From assembly GCA_001599295.1 (NCBI GenBank), contig BCGN01000009.1, forward strand, positions 124,001 to 188,000: a DNA stretch of 64,000 nt. The letters are read 5' to 3'. The position numbers and the translations under genes were made by a program. How positions within the stretch are numbered: position 1 is the stretch's first letter; every line of letters starts with the position of its first letter. Shown here one piece after another: positions 24,801-35,362 of the stretch. The notes below the pieces were generated by a model. It was not told where the DNA came from, ran no database searches, and worked only from the letters and a program-made list of their open reading frames with translations. This DNA comes from Sporopachydermia quercuum. Taxonomy: Eukaryota.

Positions 24801-26228
24801 ATTCTTTTATCCGATGACTTCACATCGATTGTAAACGCTCTGAAATGGGGAAGAACCGTCACTACGTCTATTAAAAAGTTCCTCCAGTTCCAATTGACTG
24901 TCAATATTACTGCTGTCGTCTTGACTTTTGTCTCTGCTGTTGCCTCCTCTGAGGGCAAATCTGTATTAACTGCTGTCCAGCTATTATGGGTCAATTTGAT
25001 CATGGATACTTTCGCTGCTTTAGCATTGGCCACTGATAAGCCTTCTGATGATATATTATCATCTAAACCAAGCAAAAGAACCGATTCCTTGATCACAGTG
25101 TCAATGTGGAAAATGATCCTGGGCCAAGCGTTCCTGCAGTTGAGTATCACGCTTGTCTTACATTTCGCTGGAGCCACCATTTGGTTTGGCAGCCATCATA
25201 GCTACACGGCTCACCAGCAAGATCAAATCTCAACCATGACATTCAATACATTTGTTTGGTTGCAGTTCTGGAAATTATGGGTCACCAGAAAGCTTGATGA
25301 AGCTGACGGTATTAGCAGTGTCAAGGACAGAATAACAATGCATAATTTGAATTTTTTCCAGCATTTTTTCAGGAATTGGTATTTCCTGGGGATAGCAGCA
25401 ATTATTGCTGGCTGTCAGATTCTGATTGTTTTCGTTGGAGGNGCAGCTTTTGTCGTGACCAGCCAAACAGGTTCAATGTGGGCAACTGCGATAATTGGCG
25501 GAATGCTTTCTTTACCGTGGGGTGTGTTAATCAGAATAACGCCTGATGAATGGGCAAGAAAGGTATTTCCCACTAGGTTATTCAATATCTGCATGTCGAT
25601 TTTAACATTTTCATGGGTCAAGAAGCTACTCAGAGCTACGAAGAACAAAACTGGAGGAAAACTTGAGGAAGAAGATTCTGAAGATAGCAATAAATCGTTT
25701 GATGAAGAAGAACAACGGAGGAAAGAGCTGTANGAAACAGTTCCAGCGTTTGGACAAGTACGAGAGGAATTAATGCTGATGAGAAGACTGCGCGGCGGTA
25801 GAATTAAACAGTTGACATTGACCTGGAAAGTAAATCCGGTTAAAGTGTATCATAATTGGCGTAATAGAAGGAACTCGTCGCTTCGCTCTATTACTGGAAG
25901 TGAAGGCAGAGATAAAAGTAGAGGCCGAAGCGAAAGCAGAAGTTATATTGGTAGCAATAACGATACATTGGCACCGCCATCGGCAGCATCATCTTATAGG
26001 ATGCCTAGAAATCGGAGAACTGGATCTGAATCGAGCGTCTCTAATACTTCAACGTTATCGGCGCTAGCAATAATTCCTGCTGCAGTTGGAGGTGCAGTTG
26101 CTGGATGGCACGGACAACTTGGAGGTCCTGGTACTGGAAATGGCAGTGGCCANAATGCTGGTGATAATCCAGAAATACAAGAGATTTATGAAGGAGACAG
26201 TGATGCTGAAGAAAAGGAAAAGAAATAA
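21894..26228 (+). CDS. PMC1: Vacuolar P2B (PMCA-type) Ca2+-ATPase
   Basis: TGES, PEGLPLAV, CSDKTGTLT phosphorylation site, KGASE, MVTGDN, GDGTNDAPAL and FLQFQLTVN motifs. Confidence 0.96.
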   Translation: MSNSTFDLSLEELRSLHDPKSIQALESIGGISNLYQSLAVDPTDGLNPNNENDIENRTLKYGNNTLPVAKAKSFLYLAFLAMKDKVLILLSIAAVVSLALGLYETFGEDDEYDAEGHKEPKVAWVEGVAIIVAIAIVVLVGSLNDYQKERQFARLNAKKENRQVKVIRGGKKEFTGIYDLLVGDLMVLETGDIIPADGVLINGSMECDESSATGESDMIFKLTATEALNNATSLSELSLTHVDSSTDCFLLSGTSVVSGYGTAIITAVGENSFHGRTMLSLLTESAPTPLQLKLNDIADGIAKYGSLIAGLLFVILFIRYIVMLVKPHEYYYLATPEKVSKFFDILIVAITLIVVAVPEGLPLAVTLALAFATTRMAKDGNLVRVLKSCETMGSATCICSDKTGTLTENRMKVVKGILADDLKFEVHAEEKNYEESDGELQNSGEPEIQEKSTVERNVFDDEAXNGEKIKSTARETNDSQPVDAFTAVNKLSSTVQSLLLASIVLNGNAFENSNYIDHSQINSTRNNSRTNANPLLTRSSNSGSTTXSAGNSTSHNTFSFKQFVDMIRISPKSTKSKKKAFGDDSSRDLFLGSKTETALLLFAKDFLGMNEKGDLDLLRNLDPTCEXRLNVDFGVKRIVQVIPFESVRKWGGCIVEMKDSNSSSTTTSTTTNRTYRMLIKGASEIILKEANEIVTKDSIHITITSSLREKLNEEINDYASQSLRTICIGVKDFQCSEWPPECFKNNEYITEANPDLLFGTGNGNGNTPPATTTLSTPSPLXPLVPTIISTDYDSSAAAGSGGSPISFASSNTGFLSGSATQMPAASSLSLLGLFAIQDPLRENVTESINKCKKAGVRVRMVTGDNILTAKSIASSCGIYHPNSNHICMEGPDFRKLPEHERLRIVPQLDVLARSSPEDKRLLVETLQQLGEIVAVTGDGTNDAPALKLADIGFSMGISGTEVAREASDIILLSDDFTSIVNALKWGRTVTTSIKKFLQFQLTVNITAVVLTFVSAVASSEGKSVLTAVQLLWVNLIMDTFAALALATDKPSDDILSSKPSKRTDSLITVSMWKMILGQAFLQLSITLVLHFAGATIWFGSHHSYTAHQQDQISTMTFNTFVWLQFWKLWVTRKLDEADGISSVKDRITMHNLNFFQHFFRNWYFLGIAAIIAGCQILIVFVGXAAFVVTSQTGSMWATAIIGGMLSLPWGVLIRITPDEWARKVFPTRLFNICMSILTFSWVKKLLRATKNKTGGKLEEEDSEDSNKSFDEEEQRRKELXETVPAFGQVREELMLMRRLRGGRIKQLTLTWKVNPVKVYHNWRNRRNSSLRSITGSEGRDKSRGRSESRSYIGSNNDTLAPPSAASSYRMPRNRRTGSESSVSNTSTLSALAIIPAAVGGAVAGWHGQLGGPGTGNGSGXNAGDNPEIQEIYEGDSDAEEKEKK

Positions 26229-27493
26229 TGGTACTATAACTAGTATAAGAAGTATATAGATCCACTACGGTAATTGAAGCAAATTTTATAGTTATAAGAA
26301 AGAATGCCATTCAATAAATAAGTAAATGTTTTTACTTAATAATTTCATGTTGAAACTTGTTTTTCATATGGTTAATGGCTGAAACACTTACCGTAGGACC
26401 CATGCTAGTAATGTTCATGGAGAAAGGTTCATGCTTTCATGTGTTCAAGCTGTTATCAGATCTAAACATTGAATAGCTTTCTCCTTTGATAGTTAACATC
26501 CTTTTTAAAGTCCTTATGAATGGCAGTTGGTTCTCCGTCATGATGATTAGAGATAATTTTGATAAAATTAAGTTCATATAACCTAATGTACTAGCGAAAA
26601 CGTTAATATTAAGCTCTGGAGTAATCCTATCACAGCATTATTAAGATAAGTGGAATTCTAGAACAGAAGGAGATTATATGTAACAATAGAGTTTATTTAC
26701 AAAGCTTAATATGTNGTTAAACTCTATTGTCGCAAATGAGACCTTAGTGCTAACTTAAAAAGGACAGGAAATGCTCCAGGTTTAAAACCATTTGAAATCT
26801 CAGGAACATTTTCCCCGAACATTTCTACCAGTTCAATGATGGACATTGTTTTTAGGCTTGAAAGTATTAGGATAGCAGATCATTTTTTTGTGTTATGATT
26901 TGTCCACTTGGGAGTTTTATCTTGAATGGCCTTTATCATCAAAAAGCTAAGCTAGATGCCATAATTTCTGTTGCTTTCCAGCAATGTCTAGATGCTGAAC
27001 AGATAGAACGATTATCAGTTGAGTAGCAATAAAACTTGACATCCAGCTTACAACTGTGCAAGCGCACTCTGTGAGATACTGGCTGTTGCAAAAATCGTTG
27101 GTGAAACTGATGTTCCTCTGTGTTCCTGCTGATAGTTGAAACCAAAGCTGACTAACTGACTTGTACAATTGATGATACGTCGGATCGATTCAGTTGGTGT
27201 TAACAACCTGAATAACAATAGCAATATTAATAGTAGCAGCGTTTCAACCTATATCATCATGTGTTGCCAATGAACAAAAAAGAGAACAACCAACCCAAGT
27301 TCTCCGGTGATGGATCTTTGTATGCTTTCCACCTAATTGAATCTAAGTAACTCTTTCATTATGATGGCCAATTCTCAGTTATATTCTACTACATTGTATT
27401 CGATCATTATTACACTAATTCTACTCAATTGATTCAATTATAATCAATTACATTCAATGTTATACAAACCATCAATCATACTTACTCCGCTAC

Positions 27494-29290
27494 CTATATA
27501 CCAAACTGTTTAATTTGATTAATAACGTAATCACATTCAGAATAGTAATCAAGTTCATGTAAAGTCATAACTTGATATCGCACTCTCATTTGACCTTGAT
27601 AATTATCCTGTCTTGCTTTCAATCTAAACAAGTATTCAACTCCTTGTGATTGCTGGAAGATACTAGAAAACGCTTCATTATTAGTATCTTTCAATTGAAT
27701 CAAATCAGCTGCTGATTTTCCTAGCAATGCATTACCAGCTTCATCAAAACATGAAATCCATATCAATCCCGTAGAATCAGATATAGAAAATTGTAAAATA
27801 TACCTCCAATTTGGCTGATTGAACACTTTATCACATTTTTCACATCTCCATGAGCCATCGGATTCCTCAATGATTTTCCTATTACAACCTTCGTTCAGAC
27901 AAGCAGGATAAGCAAAATTCTCAGGTTTTATATATGTAACAGTTGCCTTTATTGAGAAATAATCTGCCTTTTCACTCATACCTAACTGTTCATTTTTAGC
28001 TTCATCGATTGTTTTCCTTACTTGAGGCTTTGCTGAAGTGAAATCGCTTTGGAATCCACTAAATTTTTCCGAATGTCCTTGAGAATCATACCATCCTTTC
28101 AAGGAGAAAGCTTCAGTTGTATCAGGATTAATAATAATAGAACCAGATTGAGGCATTGTCAACGATTTACCATTGAAATCAGAGACTTTGGCTCCTTTCA
28201 AAGCTAATACAGTACCTTTAGGAGAAGTGAAATCAACAGCAGCTTTATTCCAAATAGTTACTTTGATTGANAATTTGGAGTCATCAACTAAAGTAATATC
28301 GCGTTTATCAAAAGGTCTGCCAGATGACTTTGAAATGATTTGATTAACATCATCAATTTCAGTAATGATACCAACAACATCAACAATAGAATTGTTCTCA
28401 TATTCCTGTAATTTGTTCAATTTGATGAAATTCAATTGAATTTTTGGTACCATATCAGAGTCTTCAGCAGGTTGAATGACCGTATCACGGTTAAACATCA
28501 ATTCATATGGATGATTGATGTTACTGAATTGTTTCTTTGCAATGTTAACTCTACATTTTGATACATAGTACACTTTTCCTTCCTCTAGTAAATCATAAAA
28601 TTTATCGACATCATCGTTGAAAGCAGTAGCTTTTATTTCACCACTTTCATCTAGGAAGTTCACAGAGAACAACTTTCCTTCACCACGATTGTTATGCCAA
28701 GTGCGAATTTCGGATTTCAATGATACTCTGGCTTTGATAGTCCATCTATTTTGGTATGGCGATAAAGATTCAATAGGATGAACGTTTGGAATTTTGGTAT
28801 CAGATTTAGAAAAGTCTGTTAAATTTGGTTTAATATCAACTGAATTGCTGTTGTTGATATTGTTGGAATTGACATTACTTGTAGGGGTTGGAGTTGAGTT
28901 AGCTGATCCATTACCTTGGCCATTGTTATCTTCGTCACCAACGTATAATTGAACAGGAGAACCTATTTTCTCATGATAGCTTTGAACAAAGTTCAATCCA
29001 CTAACGACAACAACACCCTTGCCTTTAATTGATTGAAATACGTAACTTTCTAATTCAATAATGCCCAATCGTTGCAGACCAACTTCTTCTAATTTGGGAC
29101 CTAACTGAGTTTGAACAATAGCGTGAATGAAATGTTCTCCGTCCGATACCACAAGTCTATACCTTTTCTCTTGAGTATTGGGTAAAGGCTTATCTCTTAG
29201 AGATAGAACTTGAACAGTGATTTTGGGAGCTGATTTACCATTGCTAGCAACGATAGCTGCTAATGCTCCTGTTGATAATTGAACTGACAT
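27494..29290 (-). CDS. RFA1: Replication protein A large subunit
   Basis: IESLSPYQNRWTIKARV, OB folds and C4 zinc ribbon (YPAC...CNRK...WRCEKC). Confidence 0.97.
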   Translation of the reverse strand: MSVQLSTGALAAIVASNGKSAPKITVQVLSLRDKPLPNTQEKRYRLVVSDGEHFIHAIVQTQLGPKLEEVGLQRLGIIELESYVFQSIKGKGVVVVSGLNFVQSYHEKIGSPVQLYVGDEDNNGQGNGSANSTPTPTSNVNSNNINNSNSVDIKPNLTDFSKSDTKIPNVHPIESLSPYQNRWTIKARVSLKSEIRTWHNNRGEGKLFSVNFLDESGEIKATAFNDDVDKFYDLLEEGKVYYVSKCRVNIAKKQFSNINHPYELMFNRDTVIQPAEDSDMVPKIQLNFIKLNKLQEYENNSIVDVVGIITEIDDVNQIISKSSGRPFDKRDITLVDDSKXSIKVTIWNKAAVDFTSPKGTVLALKGAKVSDFNGKSLTMPQSGSIIINPDTTEAFSLKGWYDSQGHSEKFSGFQSDFTSAKPQVRKTIDEAKNEQLGMSEKADYFSIKATVTYIKPENFAYPACLNEGCNRKIIEESDGSWRCEKCDKVFNQPNWRYILQFSISDSTGLIWISCFDEAGNALLGKSAADLIQLKDTNNEAFSSIFQQSQGVEYLFRLKARQDNYQGQMRVRYQVMTLHELDYYSECDYVINQIKQFGI

Positions 29291-29294
29291 TTTG

Positions 29295-29533
29295 ACGCGT
29301 CAGACCAAGTTTAAGGATAGGAATGTAAATTCGAAAAAGAACAAGATTGAGAGAACTACAATAGAATGTTAAATAGCAACTATTGTGAGTAAGAAGCAGG
29401 TCATCAAACGATAGGTTCTTTTTAGTGATTCNGATGTATGCGAAGAGATGCTTGATATTGATAATAAGGGCGTGTTTGTTTTAATCAACGCGAGAAGTTC
29501 GCCACACGCGAATTTGATTTGAAAATCACGTGA
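29295..29533. promoter_or_regulatory. MCB/SCB-like CGCG elements and a TCACGTGA box upstream of RFA1
   Basis: ACGCGT at 29295-29300 (only 4 nt from the ATG), ACGCGA at 29488 and 29506, TCACGTGA at ~29526. RFA1 is a known MBF target in yeasts. Confidence 0.5.
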
Positions 29534-30162
29534 AGGAAAGGATGAAACGAGATGTGAAGTGTGTAAAGAAATGCTCAGGGAAGATTCAGTCAATATGGGC
29601 CGGCCAAAGAGTTAACGACTGGCTGCGTAAAATACTAGTCTATTGACAAATCACATCTAGTTCTAGTAGATTCTAGTAGATTTGATCTACCTAGATAATC
29701 TACTACTCATTCTGAATAGTCCCAAGATAACTGAATATGAAATATCCTATACAAAATTCTATAAGCATTTAAGGTTTAAACCTCTCTGCGACAATCATGC
29801 AAGTGAAAGAACCGTAAACCTTAATTTCTCAATTATCAAAACCTTATATCTCGCCCCTCTCCCTCCATTTTCTTTGTGACAGGGCAAACTGAGCATTTCA
29901 ATTGTTACTTCATCTTCTACCAAGCTTACTGTCAACAACAGCAACTGATAGAGTACTATACAAACTATATAATTTCTAGTTAATATTAGAACAGTTGGGA
30001 GGTAATTGGTCATTCAATTTGTATTCCAGGGACCAAAATCTGCAATCCATTAGTAGCTCATTCACTCATTCTATCCATGAATATATAGACAGTATAGGTA
30101 GTTCCCGATAGCTTGCACCTTTGCACTAACCATCTTAAGTAACGTATAATTCAAATTCAACA

Positions 30163-32041
30163 ATGACGGACATTTCTGAAGGTGATGCCAGTATTATAAG
30201 GATACCCCATGTAGTTGTACAACCAAATACTGAAGACGTTTTCAATGATGTGGCAACAGGAGTTAGTAAAAAGGATTCTTTCTGGATTACTCAGTATGAA
30301 TGTGGTGAATCAAAAGAAAAATCACATGAGTATACTATAGATGTTATAAAAGACGATCGAGAAGGAACTGCAGGAAACGCAGAAAGTACGGCATTGAATA
30401 CATCAGAGGCAAGAAATTTACAATTTCGTGCTGGTGATGAGGCAGGTATAAGAGTGCAGCTGGAAAAGGCAGATCAACTGGTTTTCAGTATCGATGGATG
30501 CGAATATAAGGATATGAGATGTGTTCTTCCTAGCAAGAGGTTTTCTTCAATAANAGGTATGTATGATTTTGGATGTAAGAGCTTGATACAATTAAATGCT
30601 ACTATAATTCAATCTATATCAAACTACAATCTATAACTACTAGCTACTAACCTGAACAGCCAATATAAACACTATTGATATTTCTCCCCACGGCCAATTG
30701 TTAGCTCTTGGGGATTCAGATGGTAAACTATCAGTTCTTTCCACTTCTGAAGGTGTCATCAGGGTATGTTATCTACCAATTACTCCTTATTACCATTGTA
30801 TTGTCATTATATCTTTAACTACCTTCAACTTACCTTAATCACAACTCCTATACTTATCATACTAACAAGCACCTTAGAGATCATTTGGAGAGCATTTTCT
30901 CGATGCCACAATTGTCAAATTCTTTCCATCTTCCCAGGTTTTTTTATCAGGTTCAAGCGATATGCGTATCATGCTTTGGTCTGTGCTTGATGGTTCTAGT
31001 GCTCGAACATTCATTGGGCATAAAGCAACTATTACAACCATCGACATGATTGGCAGAGGTAGAAATTTTGTCTCTGGTAGTGAAGACGGCGATGTGAGAT
31101 TGTGGGAATGCAGCACCGGTGATTGTCTACATGTTTTCACTCCTATTGGTATTGATAGTGGTATAGTGGCAGTAACTGTCATGAACATTGACGAGTATAT
31201 TGGTAATAATACTGATAATAATGCTGCCAGTAGATCTAGTACATCACCAACGCTTGAGTTTGAAATTGAGGATAAAGTGCTTGCTGTGAGCTATTCCAAT
31301 GGTTCAGTAGTGTTATGGTTTTTACAGTCGAAGTTAATTATACGAAGAATGCAATGTAGCAGTTTGAGCTGTTTAAAANGTATTGCGGTGACAGCAGCGT
31401 TTTTCCCTGGTGGTTATAGTAGCATGAGTAGATTTATATTAGGATTTGAGAATGGAATCTTCGGCGTATGGCTGTTTGGTCATGAACGGTAAGTAATTGA
31501 ATGTATTATTTGGGGGATGGCAAGGATAGGATGATAGAATAGAATGATAGGATGAGGGGGGTAATAAATTGAAATGACGACGGTTAATTATGCAATGGAT
31601 AGCCATAAAAGGAGAGAAGAACTGTAATTAGTATTAGTGTTAGTATTTGCTCACGATACTACTACCTTTATAATCTTCACACCATCTATCATACTAATTG
31701 CTGCTAACCTTTCATCATTAATCCTACGGGACGACCTTATAGAGAACAACGAACGATTATACTAACAAATACACAGGCCAGAAGCACTCTTTCAGCTTGA
31801 TTCAGAAATAACCAATATCAAGTCAACTGGAAACAAAATCATAGCTACAACATCATCAGGCCAAGCTGTTGTTATTTCATTAACTACAGACTTAAACAGC
31901 AGTACTGTTAGATATGATATTGATGGTATTGGATATCTAACAGGTATGGATTATGGTAGAATCAATAGTATTAGTCTGTTCAAGAATAAGTATGTTTATC
32001 TGGCAGCTAAGTATGGCTATATTGCTCGCTATGAGATATAA
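30163..32041 (+). CDS. RPN14: WD40 proteasome assembly chaperone (Rpn14/PAAF1), 4 exons
   Basis: Exons 30163-30556, 30660-30763, 30878-31488, 31777-32041. Donors GTATGT/GTATGT/GTAAGT, TACTAAC branch points, YAG acceptors. The spliced frame is continuous and contains VKFFPSSQVFLSGSSDMRIMLWSVLDGSSARTFIGH. Confidence 0.85.
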
Positions 32042-32506
32042 AGAGAGCAGAGTATTAAGGAATGTGTAGATAGATGGGATAGATAACAATAATGAATGAT
32101 GCTGATAATGATGTAATAGTAAAGAATTAGTTGTATTAATAATATACAGTATACAGTACTGATACTCAGGACTAAGACTATAAATCGACGACATAGATGC
32201 TCTATAAAAAAATATAAAACTAAAAGTACACCAGACAAAAACAGAAAACACAGTTACAGATCAAAAAATAATCAATCCGAATAAACAAACAGAAATACAG
32301 AAATAATTATAATCAACAATTAAGAATAACAAAACTAAGGGAAGGAGCAGCATTGATTACTACCAACCAAACCCAAGTTGTATACATGTGCATAGCAGTA
32401 ATCATTACAATACACGACGCTTTACTCTAACTTACCAGATTATATTTCATCACATGATATTGTTGATTGAGACAATAACAATACAATACTGGTAATGATA
32501 AGTGAT

Positions 32507-35362
32507 TCACGGACGAGGTAAAGTATTATTATTAATAATATTACTATTAACAAGAGCTTCCTTGTGATCGGCATAATTAATTGAATAGCCATCTAAATTA
32601 TGAGGTTTTGCAGTTGGAGGTAATGAAGATGCAATGTTTGTCATTGGTGCAGTCACATTAGTAGGAGCACCTGAACCCACAGTAGTTGTAGCTCTTCCAA
32701 TGGCAGAACTTCCAACTGATAAAGGATTTGTTACACCAGAATGGAACGCCGGTGCATAGCCTTGACCAGGTAATCTTGTTTGCGACTGAAACGGTACAGG
32801 AGTACCAGATGCCGCCGAAGGTCCTGTTGAGTAAGTTGGTATAGATGATGATACTCCGGGGATAGATAAACCAGAACTGCTTATAGGAGCCTGGTTTTGA
32901 CCTTGTGGGACATAGGAGAAGTTTGCGGTTGATTGTAGCGGTATATAACTACCTGTAGAACTGGTGGCTAAAGAGTTACTCGATGAAGCATTTGACGACG
33001 CTGAGGCTGAACTGATTGTCATACCAGATGTTAGCGGGTTGATANTACCAGCGTTGATGTTACTGCCGCCATTGCCAGTGCTTGATTCTGAATTAGAGAT
33101 TGCAACCCCAAAAGAATCAGGATCTTTCCAGAACAGATATCTGATCACTTCTCTGCAGTCAACATCAGTGAATTTTCTTCTGGGATTGATATTCGACCCA
33201 TCACTAGTAGTATTGCCATTACCATCAACGCCTCCGGAGCCACTAGCAATAAGCCTGTTTAGTTCTGTAGCGACGTGTCTCCATTTGGCTCTTTCACCAC
33301 GATCTAAAAGCTTCTGCAAAGCCAATGTTGTTTCGGGTTCCCAGCCAAAAGAGCCTCCGCCTTGTTGCCCAATCAACACTTGATATCTATTTCTTGCTGC
33401 TAAGAAATTTGGGATATTGGCAGCATCAGCAATTTCAACCCAGGTTTTACCTAGCTTTTTTAATTTCAGGATCAATTCATCTTGCTCTTTACTATACTTA
33501 CTCTTCTTCTTCACTCTACCAGTTTTATGAGTTTTCAATGAATCGTCATTTGGTTTTGCTTTTGATAGAGGAGGAGTTGGCAATGAGAGCTGAATAGAAG
33601 AAGCAGTTTGAGATGGTCCTGAATGGCTCATGGTGAGATCTTGGTTTATTACTTGTAGATCTCGGCTTAGATGATTAGAAACTGTTCGTTGAACTGCTTG
33701 AGTTTGAGAATGATCCTGCTGTGAAAAACTGCGTTGCTCTTGATTCAATGGCGAGAAATCAATTATATTCAAAGGTGTTGTAAACAATGGTTGTAGTTGG
33801 GGCAAACCTGTTGAATCTATGGGCCAACGAGATGTAGCTGATACAGAAATATTTGCGGCTCTATTATTATCTTCTTGATCTAATTGGAAATCCTCTTCGC
33901 TATTCGATGATTCTGACGATGCTGTAGTNCCCCTCGTGTACGTCGTCGTACAAGCTGTTGTTGCTATTGTTGATGNCGATGTCGATGCTGATGTTGATGC
34001 TGATTCGGAATGAGTCTTACCATATGAGGAAAATGAAGTAGTGTAAGCAAATCTAAACTTATTTGTTGAATGTTTGTCGTTGCTTCGTGTAAATTTCTTC
34101 CGAGATAAATAAGGGTTCTTTGGTTCAGCAACAGAAGGTAGTAAATAGAACGACGTTGATTTCTTTTCGTTACTCGCGCTTCTGACTGTTCCTTCGTCTA
34201 CTGATACGTTTGACCCCAGTGAAGACGGAGAAGGAAGAAAACACGTCAAAACCTTCTTGGAACCGAATTTTGACTCTGAATTGATAGCTGGTTCAAATCC
34301 TCTGTGGATAATATCAACTGTTCTCCTTGTTTGAATACTAGGATCTGATACTGCTATTCTTTTCGTAGTTAGCAACGAGTTTACCACAATAGAAGTAATA
34401 TCATTCTTTATAGTACCTTTGTGTCTCACTGAAAATTTCTCTTCCTCTTCCTCTTTATCTTCAGAATCTTCCTTCTCTTGAGATTTATTGTTATTTCCCC
34501 TATTAAGTTTCTGGTTCTCTTCGTGGTTGTCTTTGGTGTTTTTTATGGCTGAAGAAAGAATATCGCTATTGGAATAATTATTAGTATCGATCGTATTCTT
34601 TCTATGGAAACCTTCTATTGTTTGGGTTGCCGCTAGTTGTTCAGTGTTAGAGTTTAGTGGATACTCTGATTTGCCTAACCTTACGGCTGAATCGGGGGTG
34701 GTCTGATTATTTAAGGTTTGAGGTTGGTAGCACAAAGGAAGATAGTTTGTTGGTCTGGACATGTAATTATGACGGAACCTTATTTGAGCTGTGGAAGGGA
34801 TTGGTAGAGCTACAGACTGGGAGGGTATTTCTGTAGATAGGAAACCAGAAGGAAGGGAGTTAAGCGAGCCCCCTGTTTTAGGACGAGATGCACTGATGGA
34901 GGGATTGAGATTCGAGGTCTGGTTATGGCCAAAGTTTTGAAGATTATGCTGATGGTGATGGTACCTCAAATGTTGAAGGTGAAAGGGAAAATACGGATGA
35001 GAATGCGGAGGAGAAAAATGCTCGATATTGTGATTAGTTGAAGTTCTCGACTGAGAAATGGTTGCAAGTGAAGGTTCTGCTGGTTTTGAAGGTATTAACG
35101 GATGCAATTGAGTAGTAGGTGTATGCACATTTTGTTGATTGGTTGAAGTTAAATGTTCTAATTGATGGTTAGATTCGTTAGAGAAATCAAGAGTAGAAAT
35201 TCTTGATGGTTCTGCAGGTTCATTTCTTGTTATTGGTAGCTTCTCCGTCTTTGGGGTATCTAAAATAGGGGTTACTGTCTTATCATCGCTTAGCAATGCT
35301 GACAATTTCAGCCGTTTTTGAATAGAGGAGCTGGAAATTTCATATCGTTTCCCAGAACCCAT
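32507..35362 (-). CDS. Large low-complexity protein with Myb/SANT-like DNA-binding domain(s)
   Basis: KKSKYSKEQDELILKLKKLGKTWVEIA...AARNRYQVL followed by a second W-containing repeat; the rest is S/T/N/Q/P-rich. Confidence 0.8.
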   Translation of the reverse strand: MGSGKRYEISSSSIQKRLKLSALLSDDKTVTPILDTPKTEKLPITRNEPAEPSRISTLDFSNESNHQLEHLTSTNQQNVHTPTTQLHPLIPSKPAEPSLATISQSRTSTNHNIEHFSPPHSHPYFPFHLQHLRYHHHQHNLQNFGHNQTSNLNPSISASRPKTGGSLNSLPSGFLSTEIPSQSVALPIPSTAQIRFRHNYMSRPTNYLPLCYQPQTLNNQTTPDSAVRLGKSEYPLNSNTEQLAATQTIEGFHRKNTIDTNNYSNSDILSSAIKNTKDNHEENQKLNRGNNNKSQEKEDSEDKEEEEEKFSVRHKGTIKNDITSIVVNSLLTTKRIAVSDPSIQTRRTVDIIHRGFEPAINSESKFGSKKVLTCFLPSPSSLGSNVSVDEGTVRSASNEKKSTSFYLLPSVAEPKNPYLSRKKFTRSNDKHSTNKFRFAYTTSFSSYGKTHSESASTSASTSXSTIATTACTTTYTRXTTASSESSNSEEDFQLDQEDNNRAANISVSATSRWPIDSTGLPQLQPLFTTPLNIIDFSPLNQEQRSFSQQDHSQTQAVQRTVSNHLSRDLQVINQDLTMSHSGPSQTASSIQLSLPTPPLSKAKPNDDSLKTHKTGRVKKKSKYSKEQDELILKLKKLGKTWVEIADAANIPNFLAARNRYQVLIGQQGGGSFGWEPETTLALQKLLDRGERAKWRHVATELNRLIASGSGGVDGNGNTTSDGSNINPRRKFTDVDCREVIRYLFWKDPDSFGVAISNSESSTGNGGSNINAGXINPLTSGMTISSASASSNASSSNSLATSSTGSYIPLQSTANFSYVPQGQNQAPISSSGLSIPGVSSSIPTYSTGPSAASGTPVPFQSQTRLPGQGYAPAFHSGVTNPLSVGSSAIGRATTTVGSGAPTNVTAPMTNIASSLPPTAKPHNLDGYSINYADHKEALVNSNIINNNTLPRP

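Noticed and set aside
24530..25180. 216-aa antisense ORF in PMC1 (also 46331-46882 in UTP22 and similar cases)
   Set aside because: Shadow ORFs on the opposite strand of conserved genes.
26385..26400. ACACTTACCG as a U1 snRNA 5' end, or GTAAGT on the minus strand as a telomerase-RNA spliceosomal cleavage site
   Set aside because: No U1-70K loop (GATCAxGAAG) follows on the plus strand, and no Sm site precedes the GTAAGT on the minus strand.
29655..29706. Imperfect palindrome of TAGTAGA/TCTAC units between RFA1 and RPN14
   Set aside because: Low-complexity slippage pattern with no TSD or element ends.
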